In this document: positions 44,513-53,008 of the stretch, in pieces
Position numbering within the stretch: the stretch's first letter is position 1
Layout of the letters: every line of letters begins with the position of its first letter
Assembly: GCA_027319905.1 (NCBI GenBank)
Contig: DAHVMJ010000002.1
Coordinates: 389 to 64,388 of the forward strand
Reading direction: 5' to 3'
Source: Candidatus Micrarchaeota archaeon
Lineage (GTDB): Archaea; Micrarchaeota; Micrarchaeia; Micrarchaeales; CABMGC01
DNA length: 64,000 nucleotides
The notes under the pieces: model-generated
What the model was told of the DNA's origin: nothing
The model's database searches: none
Seen by the model: the letters and a program-made list of their open reading frames with translations, nothing else
Program-made: the position numbers and the translations under genes

Positions 44513-44644
44513 GTTGGGTAAATTCACCTAAGCGTTAAATACTTTTAGCTCGCTATAAAACTGGGTAATAAAATAGCCAAATTCGAAGTACCAGCTCTGC
44601 CATACGCATACAACGCGCTCGAACCGTACGTCTCGGAGCAGATC

Positions 44645-45187
44645 ATGAAGCTGCACCATGACAAGCACCATGTCGGTTACACAAACAACCTCAACGCCGC
44701 GATAGAGAAGCATCAGGAGTGGGGCGACAAGAACATAGAGGATATACTCAAGACGTATGCAAGCGCGCCCGACGACATCAAGAGCGCGCTCAGGAATCAC
44801 GGCGGCGGCTTCTACAACCACTCGCTCTTCTGGCAGATGATGAGCCCTGAGAAAGATCAGCAGCCGTCAGGCAGCATAACAGAAGAGATAAACAAGACAT
44901 TTGGAGGCGTTGATGCTTTCAAACAGCAGTTCAGTGACGCGGCGAAGAAGATCTTCGGATCTGGCTGGGAGTGGCTCGTTATGGACAATGGCAAGCTGGC
45001 ATTGATGAGCACGCCCAATCAGGACTCGCCAGTGACGCAGGGCAAGACGCCAATACTCGGACTCGACGTCTGGGAACATGCGTATTACCTCCAGTACCTC
45101 TCCGATCGCGGCTCGTATGTGGACGCGTGGTGGCACGTCGTCAACTGGGGGGACGTGGCGGAGAGGTTTGACTCCGCCAAGAGATAG
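44645..45187 (+). CDS. sod: Fe/Mn superoxide dismutase
   Basis: Motifs found: HHDKHH, GGGFYNHSLFW and GLDVWEHAYYLQY. The conserved N-terminal FEVPALPYAYNALEPYVSEQI is encoded in frame upstream of the first ATG. The real start is therefore probably near 44573 (ATA). Confidence 0.9.
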   Translation: MKLHHDKHHVGYTNNLNAAIEKHQEWGDKNIEDILKTYASAPDDIKSALRNHGGGFYNHSLFWQMMSPEKDQQPSGSITEEINKTFGGVDAFKQQFSDAAKKIFGSGWEWLVMDNGKLALMSTPNQDSPVTQGKTPILGLDVWEHAYYLQYLSDRGSYVDAWWHVVNWGDVAERFDSAKR

Positions 45188-45260
45188 AGACAGGCGAGGC
45201 GAGCAGAAAGCAATAAATAACTTGCAAAACAACATCTGTAGGCAAACTAGGTGAATCAGC

Positions 45261-45803
45261 ATGAAGCTTAGACCCGGCAGGACAGTGCGCAAAATAAACA
45301 GCCAGGCGTGGGCGCGCTATTCTGTAAAGAAGCCCAAGAAGAATTACATCAAGGCGCTGCCGCGCACCACACTGCTCATCTTCAACATGGGGGTCAGGAA
45401 GCCTGGATACGATCTTGACCTCACGCTCAGGTCCAGGCAGAACGTGCAGCTGAGGTCAAACGCGCTCAACGCCGCCAGACTTGCGGCCAACATGTACCTG
45501 GAGCGCGAGATACCTGGTGAGTACTACCTCAGGATCATACCCTTCCCGCACAACGTGGTTCGCGAGAAGAAGTTCGCTACAGGCGCCGGTGCAGACAGAG
45601 TTTCACAGGGAATGACCCTCTCATTCGGCAAGCCCGCCGCCGTTGCGGCCAGGGTCTTCGAGGGCAAGCCGGTCTTCGAGCTCAAGACACACGCCGACAA
45701 CAAGGACATAGCCAGGGAGGCGCTGAGGCGCGCATCAGACAAACTCTCAGGCACCTACTCGATAAACCTCTCCGTGTTGCAGAAGCAGCAGACCGCAGGC
45801 TAA
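45261..45803 (+). CDS. rpl10e: 50S ribosomal protein L10e (uL16)
   Basis: RPGRTVRKINSQAWARYSVKKPKKNYIKALP...RSNALNAARLAANMYL is typical of L10e. Confidence 0.9.
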   Translation: MKLRPGRTVRKINSQAWARYSVKKPKKNYIKALPRTTLLIFNMGVRKPGYDLDLTLRSRQNVQLRSNALNAARLAANMYLEREIPGEYYLRIIPFPHNVVREKKFATGAGADRVSQGMTLSFGKPAAVAARVFEGKPVFELKTHADNKDIAREALRRASDKLSGTYSINLSVLQKQQTAG

Positions 45804-45823
45804 CATTTCCAGAGATTCATTCC

Positions 45824-46747
45824 ATGAGGATACTTTTGCAGTTCCCCGAAGGGCTTAAGCAGGAGGCGCTGAAGCACGCGAAGAAACTGGAAGCTGAGGG
45901 TAACGAGGTCATAATATCAGCATCGCCCACTTTCGGCGCTTGCGATCTCGCAATAGACGAGGCGAAGAAGGTCGGGGCGGAGAAGCTGGTGCACTTCGGC
46001 CACGCCGAGTTCCACCACGTGGATTTCAACGTGGAGTATGTGCCATACACGATAGACGCCTCGCTTGACGTGCTGCCATCTTCCCTCGACCAGTTGAAGG
46101 GCTTGCAGACCATCTGCCTGATGACAACGATCCAGCACGTTCACCAGCTCGAACAGATCAGGCGGTTTTACGAGGAGAACGGCAAGAAGGTGCTGCTGAA
46201 CAGGCCAAACGGCTTTGCCAAGGTCAACGGTCAGATACTCGGCTGCGACGACGGCAACGTTATGGTGCTCGACAGGAGCGTCGACGCGTTCGTGTATTTC
46301 GGCGGCGGTATCTTCCATCCGCTCGGCGCTCTGCTGCAGACCACCAAGCCCTTCCTTGTTGTCGACCCGTTCCAGAACAGGGCGTATCGCATCGACGAGA
46401 TGAGGGAGAGGCACAGGAAGAGGAGCAGGGGCAAGATACTGGCATCGCTGAAGTCCAAGAACTTCGGGATACTGGTGAGCACGAAGAACGGCCAGTACAA
46501 CATGGTGCTGGCAAAGCTGCTGAAGAAGAAGATAGAGCAGAGCGGGCTTACCGCAGCAATATTGGTCTCGAACACGCTGGACTTCGACTCGCTCAACAAC
46601 ATGCTAGAGTTCGACGCGTTCGTGAATACCGCGTGCCCGCGCATAGCGATAGACGACACGGAGAGGCTGCGCAAGCCGCTGCTGAGCGCGAACGAGCTCA
46701 CCGAGGCGCTCAGGCTCATCGCCGAGACAAGGCTTGCCGCTCGCTAG
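45824..46747 (+). CDS. dph2: Diphthamide synthesis protein Dph2 (2-(3-amino-3-carboxypropyl)histidine synthase)
   Basis: LLQFPEGLK start plus three conserved Cys contexts (TFGACDL, ILGCDDG, NTACPRIAIDD). Confidence 0.8.
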   Translation: MRILLQFPEGLKQEALKHAKKLEAEGNEVIISASPTFGACDLAIDEAKKVGAEKLVHFGHAEFHHVDFNVEYVPYTIDASLDVLPSSLDQLKGLQTICLMTTIQHVHQLEQIRRFYEENGKKVLLNRPNGFAKVNGQILGCDDGNVMVLDRSVDAFVYFGGGIFHPLGALLQTTKPFLVVDPFQNRAYRIDEMRERHRKRSRGKILASLKSKNFGILVSTKNGQYNMVLAKLLKKKIEQSGLTAAILVSNTLDFDSLNNMLEFDAFVNTACPRIAIDDTERLRKPLLSANELTEALRLIAETRLAAR

Positions 46748-46792
46748 CACGCAGTAATATGCCGCGGAACGCCGCGGCGAGAATCTCAAATC

Positions 46793-47374
46793 CTAAGAGA
46801 CCTTGGCCGTTATCGTCGCTATCTTTGCTGTGAGCATCGGGTTAGATCCGCCAGGCGCACCGCTGCTCAACGTGTAGTTCATCCAGAGAGAGCCGCTGAA
46901 GGTCGCGCCCACCGAGCTTGTTCCCATGGCAGGTCCCGCGCTCGTGTAGCAGCTAAGCCCGCTCACTGCAACAGTCTGCCCGCTTGTCAGCGAGAGTGCC
47001 CCTGTGGCAGGCCCGTTAGCAGGCGTCGCGGTAGCAGCGCCGGCGCTGCTCAGGTACACTAGCGCAAGCGTGTTGCTCGGAAGGCCAGTGCTGCCTGCAA
47101 CAGCGTCACATCCAAGCCCTATGTTGTAGAACGTCGAGCCAGTTGCCTGACCAAACGAGGTAAGCGAGAGGGTTCCCGAGGTTGTGAGCGATGGGTTGGT
47201 GCAGAGGTAGCCTGGTGCAGGTATGCAGTTCGTGCCAAGCAGCGTGCCTCCGCTGAATACTCCAAGGGAGAAGAGCGCTCCCAGGACCACGGCTATGATG
47301 AGTATGGCCCAGCCGTAGGTCATGAGGTACTCCATCGCGCTCTGCGCTTTCAACATTCTTCTATTATTTCCCAT
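46793..47374 (-). CDS. Short prepilin-like protein without a LamG domain (candidate major pilin)
   Basis: Leader LKA|QSAMEYLMTYGWAILIIAVVLGALF, followed by about 150 aa of Ser/Thr/Gly/Ala-rich sequence containing two Cys pairs. Confidence 0.7.
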   Translation of the reverse strand: MGNNRRMLKAQSAMEYLMTYGWAILIIAVVLGALFSLGVFSGGTLLGTNCIPAPGYLCTNPSLTTSGTLSLTSFGQATGSTFYNIGLGCDAVAGSTGLPSNTLALVYLSSAGAATATPANGPATGALSLTSGQTVAVSGLSCYTSAGPAMGTSSVGATFSGSLWMNYTLSSGAPGGSNPMLTAKIATITAKVS

Positions 47375-47430
47375 TCTTATCGCCTTACTTAATTCTAAAT
47401 AGATATGATAGCAAGTATTTTAAAGTATAC

Positions 47431-48000
47431 CTAGCCGCGGGACCTCGCCCCCAGAAGTTCGCTGGCCGTGCTCTCCACTTGAATCCTCGCGGTGTCCTGC
47501 TTGCGCCTGAACTCCGGCACGAGCGAGTTGGCGAAGCGCATAGACCGCGTGGAGTCATAGATCCCCTTCATGAAGCCGTAGTATGCGTTTGCAGCCTCGA
47601 TGTCGCCATCGCGTATCGAGTCTATGGCCTCCCTCTTCAGCTCTCCAGTGAGGTCGAGCATGCCCAGAAGATACGGTATCTCGCCCACGCGCAGCTCAGC
47701 GTGCGAGGCGAGCCTGCGCTCTTTTAGCATCGTGTAGAACGCCTTCGCCTCGACGTACTCCTGGTATGCTGGTATGGAGAAGTACTCGAATCCTGCTTCG
47801 CTCGCCTTCAGCCTTCTGGTCAGGGAGTCGAGCTGCCTGATGCAGCTCCTTGCCTGTCCTAGTTTCTTTGCGTGCATCAGCGTTATGCTCCTGCCGGCCA
47901 GCCTTACAATGTCCCTGGATATGTCAATCACTCTGTCCTTTTTGTCCTGCAGCTCCACAAGCCTCTTCTCCACGCGCCTCATGTCCGGAACCGTTCTCAT
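47431..48000 (-). CDS. Translin-family protein
   Basis: All-helical 189-aa protein. The segment YQEYVEAKAFY...EIPYLLGMLDLTGELKR matches the translin/TRAX core. Confidence 0.6.
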   Translation of the reverse strand: MRTVPDMRRVEKRLVELQDKKDRVIDISRDIVRLAGRSITLMHAKKLGQARSCIRQLDSLTRRLKASEAGFEYFSIPAYQEYVEAKAFYTMLKERRLASHAELRVGEIPYLLGMLDLTGELKREAIDSIRDGDIEAANAYYGFMKGIYDSTRSMRFANSLVPEFRRKQDTARIQVESTASELLGARSRG

Positions 48001-48911
48001 CTAAGCACCTTTCCAAGCTTATTGATTCTTGCATTATGGAATAAATACTGTTGCGCATACCCCGCGTACCCGCCCCACCTCTCCTCAGCGAACTCGTGTA
48101 TCTCGCGTATGCTCCGCTTCCGTCCCTTGAAGTACACGTGCTCGACTATGCGCTTTATCCACGTGTCTGTGGGGAAGGCCTCGAGCCTTCCGTAGCCGAA
48201 GAGGAGTATGCAGTCCGCTACCTTGTCGCCGACGCCATCCAGGGACATGAGTTCCTCCTTCGCTTTGGAGTAGTCCTCGCCTTCGATTCTCTTCAGGTCG
48301 AAAGACTCGCTGCACTCGCGTGCAAGTTTCTTTATGTATCTGGCCCTGAATCCCACCCCGTGGCGCATCAGGTCGTCTGTGCTCCTTTCAGCCAACGACT
48401 CTGGCGTCGGGAAGCTTCTGAATCGAAGCTGTGCGCCTCCAGCCAGGAAAGAGTGCTCCTCCCCATAGCTGGCAACAAGCCCCTTCACAATACCCCTTAT
48501 CCTCTTTACGTTGTTGAACTGCGATATGACGAAGCACAATGCCGTTTCCCAGGGATCGTTTCGTGTTATGCGCAGGCCACTATAGCTGTCAATCGCTTTC
48601 TTCATGAAAGCGTCAGTGGCTATGCTCTTGTATATACGCGCCATGTCGTCCCCCAGTCCGAATCTCATGATCACCTCATTCCTCAGTTCTGGGCCCTTGA
48701 TGTTGCCGTAGGCCCTGTAATCAAGCAGGCTTCCCTTCTGCACCACTTCAATCATGCTGTTCTTGTGCGTGTACGTCATCCCCTTGCCGTCGCCTCTCTC
48801 GTCTCCAAAGAACGTCAGCGGCTGAGCGCTCTCGACGGTGTGCGCAAGGTTAAATGTCGTGACTCTCATCTGTCCCATTACGATCACGGAGGCGTATACC
48901 CTGCGGTCCAC
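47997..48911 (-). CDS. ogg: HhH-GPD DNA glycosylase (8-oxoguanine glycosylase/AP lyase, Ogg-type)
   Basis: LMSLDGVGDKVADCILLFGYGRLEAFPTDTWIKR (HhH-GPD with a catalytic K/D context). Using Met 48878 or 48869 as the start would avoid the overlap with the upstream gene. Confidence 0.8.
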   Translation of the reverse strand: MDRRVYASVIVMGQMRVTTFNLAHTVESAQPLTFFGDERGDGKGMTYTHKNSMIEVVQKGSLLDYRAYGNIKGPELRNEVIMRFGLGDDMARIYKSIATDAFMKKAIDSYSGLRITRNDPWETALCFVISQFNNVKRIRGIVKGLVASYGEEHSFLAGGAQLRFRSFPTPESLAERSTDDLMRHGVGFRARYIKKLARECSESFDLKRIEGEDYSKAKEELMSLDGVGDKVADCILLFGYGRLEAFPTDTWIKRIVEHVYFKGRKRSIREIHEFAEERWGGYAGYAQQYLFHNARINKLGKVLR

Positions 48912-49786
48912 TGGCTCGTGTACGTCACGCCGCTTGGCGCGCCGTTGTTGTTATTACCACTGTAGTCGTTCGCGTTTCCGTTGAGCGGCCACCACCCCAC
49001 TAAGTTGGAAAGTTTGATGGGCGCGCCGCCGATGCCCTCGAGATATAGTGCGTTGACTTCTGGAGCTGAGAGTGAAGCGTTGTAGATTTGGACGTTTGCG
49101 ATTTGGCCGTTCATATAATCGGTTGTTGGGTCGTTACCAATCCAGGAGACACCAAGAACAATGTTTAGAGCTGCGCCAATCGAAACTGTTTGACTGTTTG
49201 AATCTTCGTAGAGCGTTACTGAAGAACCGCCAGAGTAAGTGTAACCAATAAAAGTCCATGTGTTTAGCGGAACGGTCATGGTGCTGTAATATCCGCCGGC
49301 AAAATCATAGAACGCTACAGCGCAAGATGCACCATTCACTCCAATGAATTCCATTTCATAATTCACTTTGGTTCCGGAGCTATAAACAGCATACCAACTT
49401 CCTACACCTGGGCAGGCTGAAACGTACATCCATGCAAACGCGCTAGATGAAGACGGACCGGAGGGAATACCAGTAGTGCCCGTTGATATATATTGATTAT
49501 TTATACGTATGAAGCTAGCCACGTACTGCGGCAGTTCGCCGCTGCACACTCCCTCTAAATTAACCAGAGATAAACTACCTGGCCCGTTTGGTCTGAAAAC
49601 CTGGCAGGCTCCTGGCGGCGCGCGGGGTGCAAACGTGCCTGCGTTGAAGACACCAAGCTGGAAGAGCGCTCCCAAAACTACAGCGATGATGAGTATCGCC
49701 CAGCCGTAGGTCATGAGGTACTCCATCGCAGACTGAAGCTTTCTGGTTCTTGCCTTTGGAGTAAGCGGATCAAATCTCTCCGGCAT
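48884..49786 (-). CDS. Prepilin-LamG paralog
   Basis: Leader RKL|QSAMEYLMTYGWAILII, conserved ACQVFRPNGPG..NLEGVCSGELPQY, LamG core, and C-terminal GWWPLNGNANDYSGNNNNG...QWTAGYTPP. Confidence 0.8.
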   Translation of the reverse strand: MPERFDPLTPKARTRKLQSAMEYLMTYGWAILIIAVVLGALFQLGVFNAGTFAPRAPPGACQVFRPNGPGSLSLVNLEGVCSGELPQYVASFIRINNQYISTGTTGIPSGPSSSSAFAWMYVSACPGVGSWYAVYSSGTKVNYEMEFIGVNGASCAVAFYDFAGGYYSTMTVPLNTWTFIGYTYSGGSSVTLYEDSNSQTVSIGAALNIVLGVSWIGNDPTTDYMNGQIANVQIYNASLSAPEVNALYLEGIGGAPIKLSNLVGWWPLNGNANDYSGNNNNGAPSGVTYTSQWTAGYTPP

Positions 49787-51272
49787 GCTTCCTTACCTGC
49801 TTCGTGGTGTTCCTGTCCCTCACTGTCACCGTGCCGTCCTCAAGCGTTGTGTAGTCTATAGTAATGCAGTAAGGCACACCTATCTCGTCGGCGCGGGCGT
49901 AGCGCTTGCCTATGCTTGCAGTTTCGGAATAGTAGCAGTCGGCGTTCTTGTCCTGCAGTAGCGTGTATACCTCCCTCGCCTTTGCGATCAGCTTGTCGTC
50001 CTTCTGCAGCGGAAACACCCCGTACCTGTAAGGTGCTATCCTCTCGCTGAGCCTGAGCCACGACCAGCCCCTGCCGTCGTCGTCAACGACGCTGTTGTCG
50101 AGTATCGCAAACACGGGCCTGTCGCCTCCTATGGTCAGCTCCATCACATTTGGGGTTATCTTCTTGCCGCTCTCAGAGAGCACGGCCAGATCCTTGCCCG
50201 ATTCTTTTGCATGCTGCGAGAGATCCCAGTCGGATCTGTGAGCGGCTCCGGACAGCTCGATGTACCCGTATGAGGTTTTCATCTCGAGGTCTATGTTGCC
50301 CTTCGAGTAGTGCGGCAGCTCCTCCTTCTCCAGCTCCCTGAACCTGTACAGCTTCCTGTCCACTCCCAGTTCCTGCATCAGCCTCTCCTGCAGGTAGATG
50401 AGAAACGCCATGTACTTGTTCGGCACCGAGCCGTTTTTGAGAAGCGCGTCAAGGCCTGCCTCTTTCTCTTCCTCGCTTCCCTTTGCCACGAACCTGACCT
50501 TCTGTCGCAGCATCTCGCTGACCGTGAAGCCCATTATCTCCTTCGGGTCGTCATCCGGGTCTATGAAAAGTTCGAGGTCCATCTGCGTCAGCTCTCGCAG
50601 CCTCACAAGCTGCTGCCTAGGAGATATCTCGTTCCTATACGCCCTTCCGACCTGGGCAATGCCAGCCGGAAGTTTGAGCCCGTAGGTCTTGTAGAGGTGT
50701 ATGAAGTCAACGAAGATGCTCTGCGCGGTCTCAGGTCTAAGGTACGCGACGCTGCCCCCGGAGGTCGGGCCAACCTGCGTCTTGAACGTCATGTTGAACT
50801 TCTCCACTTTGCCGAGCGCGTTCCCGCACCTCTCGCATTTTATGCCGTGCTCTGCAAGCTTCTTCTCCATCTGTGCCATGTCCATCTTCTTTACCTTCGC
50901 GGCCTCGTCAGGCATGCCCTTCTTCTCGTAGTACTCCTCGAGGAGCTTGTCTGCCCTGTACGGGGTCTTGCACACGGTGCACGGGACCATGGGGTCTGTA
51001 AAAGCCGAGAGGTGCCCGCTCGCCCTGAGCACAGGCTCAGGAACGATGTTTGTGCTTTCTATCTCAAGCGCTCCGGTCCTGTTTACGAAGAGCGATCTCC
51101 AAGCGTTCTCGAACCTGCGCTTTATCCTTACGCCTATCGGTCCGTAGTCGTAGAAACCGGCAACGCCGTCGTAGATGCCAAACGCCTGGAAGTAGATTCC
51201 GCGCCTCGCCGCTACGTCCGAAGCCTTGCTCTCCTTCTGGTTTGCCATGCCTACATCGCTATCAGTTTGCAT
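49770..51272 (-). CDS. glyS: Glycine--tRNA ligase (archaeal/eukaryotic alpha2 type)
   Basis: RRGIYFQAFGIYDGVAGFYDYGPIG, class II motifs (YLRPETAQ, GRAYRNEISPR) and a C-terminal anticodon-binding domain. Confidence 0.9.
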   Translation of the reverse strand: MQTDSDVGMANQKESKASDVAARRGIYFQAFGIYDGVAGFYDYGPIGVRIKRRFENAWRSLFVNRTGALEIESTNIVPEPVLRASGHLSAFTDPMVPCTVCKTPYRADKLLEEYYEKKGMPDEAAKVKKMDMAQMEKKLAEHGIKCERCGNALGKVEKFNMTFKTQVGPTSGGSVAYLRPETAQSIFVDFIHLYKTYGLKLPAGIAQVGRAYRNEISPRQQLVRLRELTQMDLELFIDPDDDPKEIMGFTVSEMLRQKVRFVAKGSEEEKEAGLDALLKNGSVPNKYMAFLIYLQERLMQELGVDRKLYRFRELEKEELPHYSKGNIDLEMKTSYGYIELSGAAHRSDWDLSQHAKESGKDLAVLSESGKKITPNVMELTIGGDRPVFAILDNSVVDDDGRGWSWLRLSERIAPYRYGVFPLQKDDKLIAKAREVYTLLQDKNADCYYSETASIGKRYARADEIGVPYCITIDYTTLEDGTVTVRDRNTTKQVRKHAGEI

Positions 51273-51353
51273 ATAACCCTTTTATGCCATTCGCCAGTAC
51301 CCTTCCGGTCTCAACTCCGCCTCTCTACTTTCTGGTTCATTCTTTCTATGGTC

Positions 51354-51635
51354 TCACCTATCATTCAACATCTCCAGCACAAGCCTTCCCAGACCGGTCA
51401 GTTCTGCGTGCGAACTGTTTACCTCAGCGAGACCCAGCTCCAGCATTACCCTTACGTTAAGCCTGAGCGTTGACAACGGAACTCCGTGCGACGATGAGAC
51501 ATGATTCAGAAGAGAGCTGACGCTTGGGAAGGAGTTGTGCTTTATCGCGTTGAGGAGCAGGATCTGGTTGTCGTTCAGCGCCCTTCTTAGCACTGGCCTC
51601 AGGCTCTTCCTCTGCCTGTCAGGTATGCAAAGCAT
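51354..51635 (-). CDS. Small winged-helix transcriptional regulator
   Basis: 93 aa. LLNAIKHNSFPSVSSLLNHVSSSHGVPLSTLRLNVRVMLELGLAE is an HTH plus wing. Confidence 0.55.
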   Translation of the reverse strand: MLCIPDRQRKSLRPVLRRALNDNQILLLNAIKHNSFPSVSSLLNHVSSSHGVPLSTLRLNVRVMLELGLAEVNSSHAELTGLGRLVLEMLNDR

Positions 51636-51764
51636 TCGCCTTGGAAGGGCATCACACTTACCTCGTTTTTAACTTTGGCCACGACGCAGTTTATATCGCT
51701 TCCGTGCAGGTTTACCTGCGCATCGCGTTTTCTGCAGTTGCATTTTTGCAATCTTATCTCAATC

Positions 51765-51772
51765 TTTAAATA
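51765..51772 (+). promoter_or_regulatory. TATA-box-like element upstream of the 51862 prepilin-like gene
   Basis: TTTAAATA. The predicted TSS is near 51795, inside the start-less upstream coding extension. Palindromes GCAGGTttACCTGC and TTGCAttttTGCAA lie just upstream. Confidence 0.35.
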
Positions 51773-51861
51773 GGCGGAAATGCATAAGCACTATTGGGCA
51801 TTTCGGTAGGTGGGGTGGGGAAACGTCTCAGGGGCTCAGGGCCCAGGCGTCGCTGGAATAC

Positions 51862-52992
51862 TTGCTAGCGTTCGCCGCGGCCCTCGGAATTATGCTCGTT
51901 GCCGCGTACGCGCTACTCGGAACCGGGTCAGCAATAGGGAATCTCGCTCCGTCGAGTTGCAGCTTTGACCTAGGCATAGGCTGCCAGAACATAGCCCTTG
52001 TCTCCAACACCACATCCACTTTCTTTGCCTTCATCGGGAACAACGAGCAGGAGTACCCGATAAACAACCTCAGGCTCAACCTTTTCTTTGGCGGAAAGAG
52101 CGTCACTCCGCAGTGCACTACGGGCAGGATAAACCCCGGCGAAACTTTCGTCTGCTTCGCCAAGACGGCCCTACAGCAGAGGCCAGGCACTGTTGCCTCA
52201 GGCAATCTTACGGCGCGTGTGGGCTACTGCTCGCTCAGCGGAGGCGATTGCAGCGGAGGCCAGATATCAGAGACGTACGTCGGCACGTACAACTCTCCAG
52301 TTGGAAGCAGCAATGCAAACGTGGGCTTGGTCTTCTCAAATGCGTTTGTCAAATCCGACGGCCAGATAGCGGTCAACGTCAGCTTCAATCTTCTGGGTTA
52401 CGGCCTGTTCCTTGCCACAGTAAGCCTAAACCCGAGATCGGGCTCATCGCCCACAATAACCGATTCAGGTCCCGGCTCAGCATCGCTAAGCCTGAGCGCC
52501 GGAACGCTGGCGGACTACTGCGCCGCTCTCGTCAACATAACATACGCAAACATGACCGGCACATACGCCGTAGCGCTTAACTCCAGCAACTACAACCAGT
52601 CCAGTTACAAGCTCTCCAGCAACACTAACAACGCATGCCTGTCGCTCCTGAGTGCGACAAAGACAGTATCGATAAGCGGCAAGAACAACACTGCAGGTCT
52701 CTTCACCCTTTCTGATGTGCTGATCAACGTCTCATCGACAGGCTCGCAGAACAACCTGGCGATATTCAATAGCAACGCGACTCTCAAGGTCGAGGGCAAC
52801 TACAACAACATAACCATGTACAACAGCACAGTGGTGCTGAGCATAGAGGGCACGTACAACAGAGTGGCATTCATCAACAGCAGAATAAGCAACCTCACCG
52901 CGAGCGGCAACAACAACCTGGTAATACTGCAGAACACAACAGTAGCTCACGAGAGCGTTACCGGAACCAACGATGTCATACAGAAATCATAG
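51862..52992 (+). CDS. Prepilin-like protein with an N-x-S/T-rich C-terminal repeat region
   Basis: The ORF track starts at TTG inside the hydrophobic helix. The in-frame upstream codons encode GLRA|QASLEYL, a complete prepilin cleavage motif, so the true start lies upstream of 51838. Confidence 0.7.
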   Translation: MLAFAAALGIMLVAAYALLGTGSAIGNLAPSSCSFDLGIGCQNIALVSNTTSTFFAFIGNNEQEYPINNLRLNLFFGGKSVTPQCTTGRINPGETFVCFAKTALQQRPGTVASGNLTARVGYCSLSGGDCSGGQISETYVGTYNSPVGSSNANVGLVFSNAFVKSDGQIAVNVSFNLLGYGLFLATVSLNPRSGSSPTITDSGPGSASLSLSAGTLADYCAALVNITYANMTGTYAVALNSSNYNQSSYKLSSNTNNACLSLLSATKTVSISGKNNTAGLFTLSDVLINVSSTGSQNNLAIFNSNATLKVEGNYNNITMYNSTVVLSIEGTYNRVAFINSRISNLTASGNNNLVILQNTTVAHESVTGTNDVIQKS

Positions 52993-53008
52993 CGATTGAG
53001 TGCCGATC

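Noticed and set aside
48051-51473. Plus-strand ORFs of 304 aa (48051-48965) and 387 aa (50310-51473).
   Set aside because: They are antisense to the Ogg glycosylase, the LamG paralog and GlyRS, all of which have strong motifs. They have no motifs of their own.
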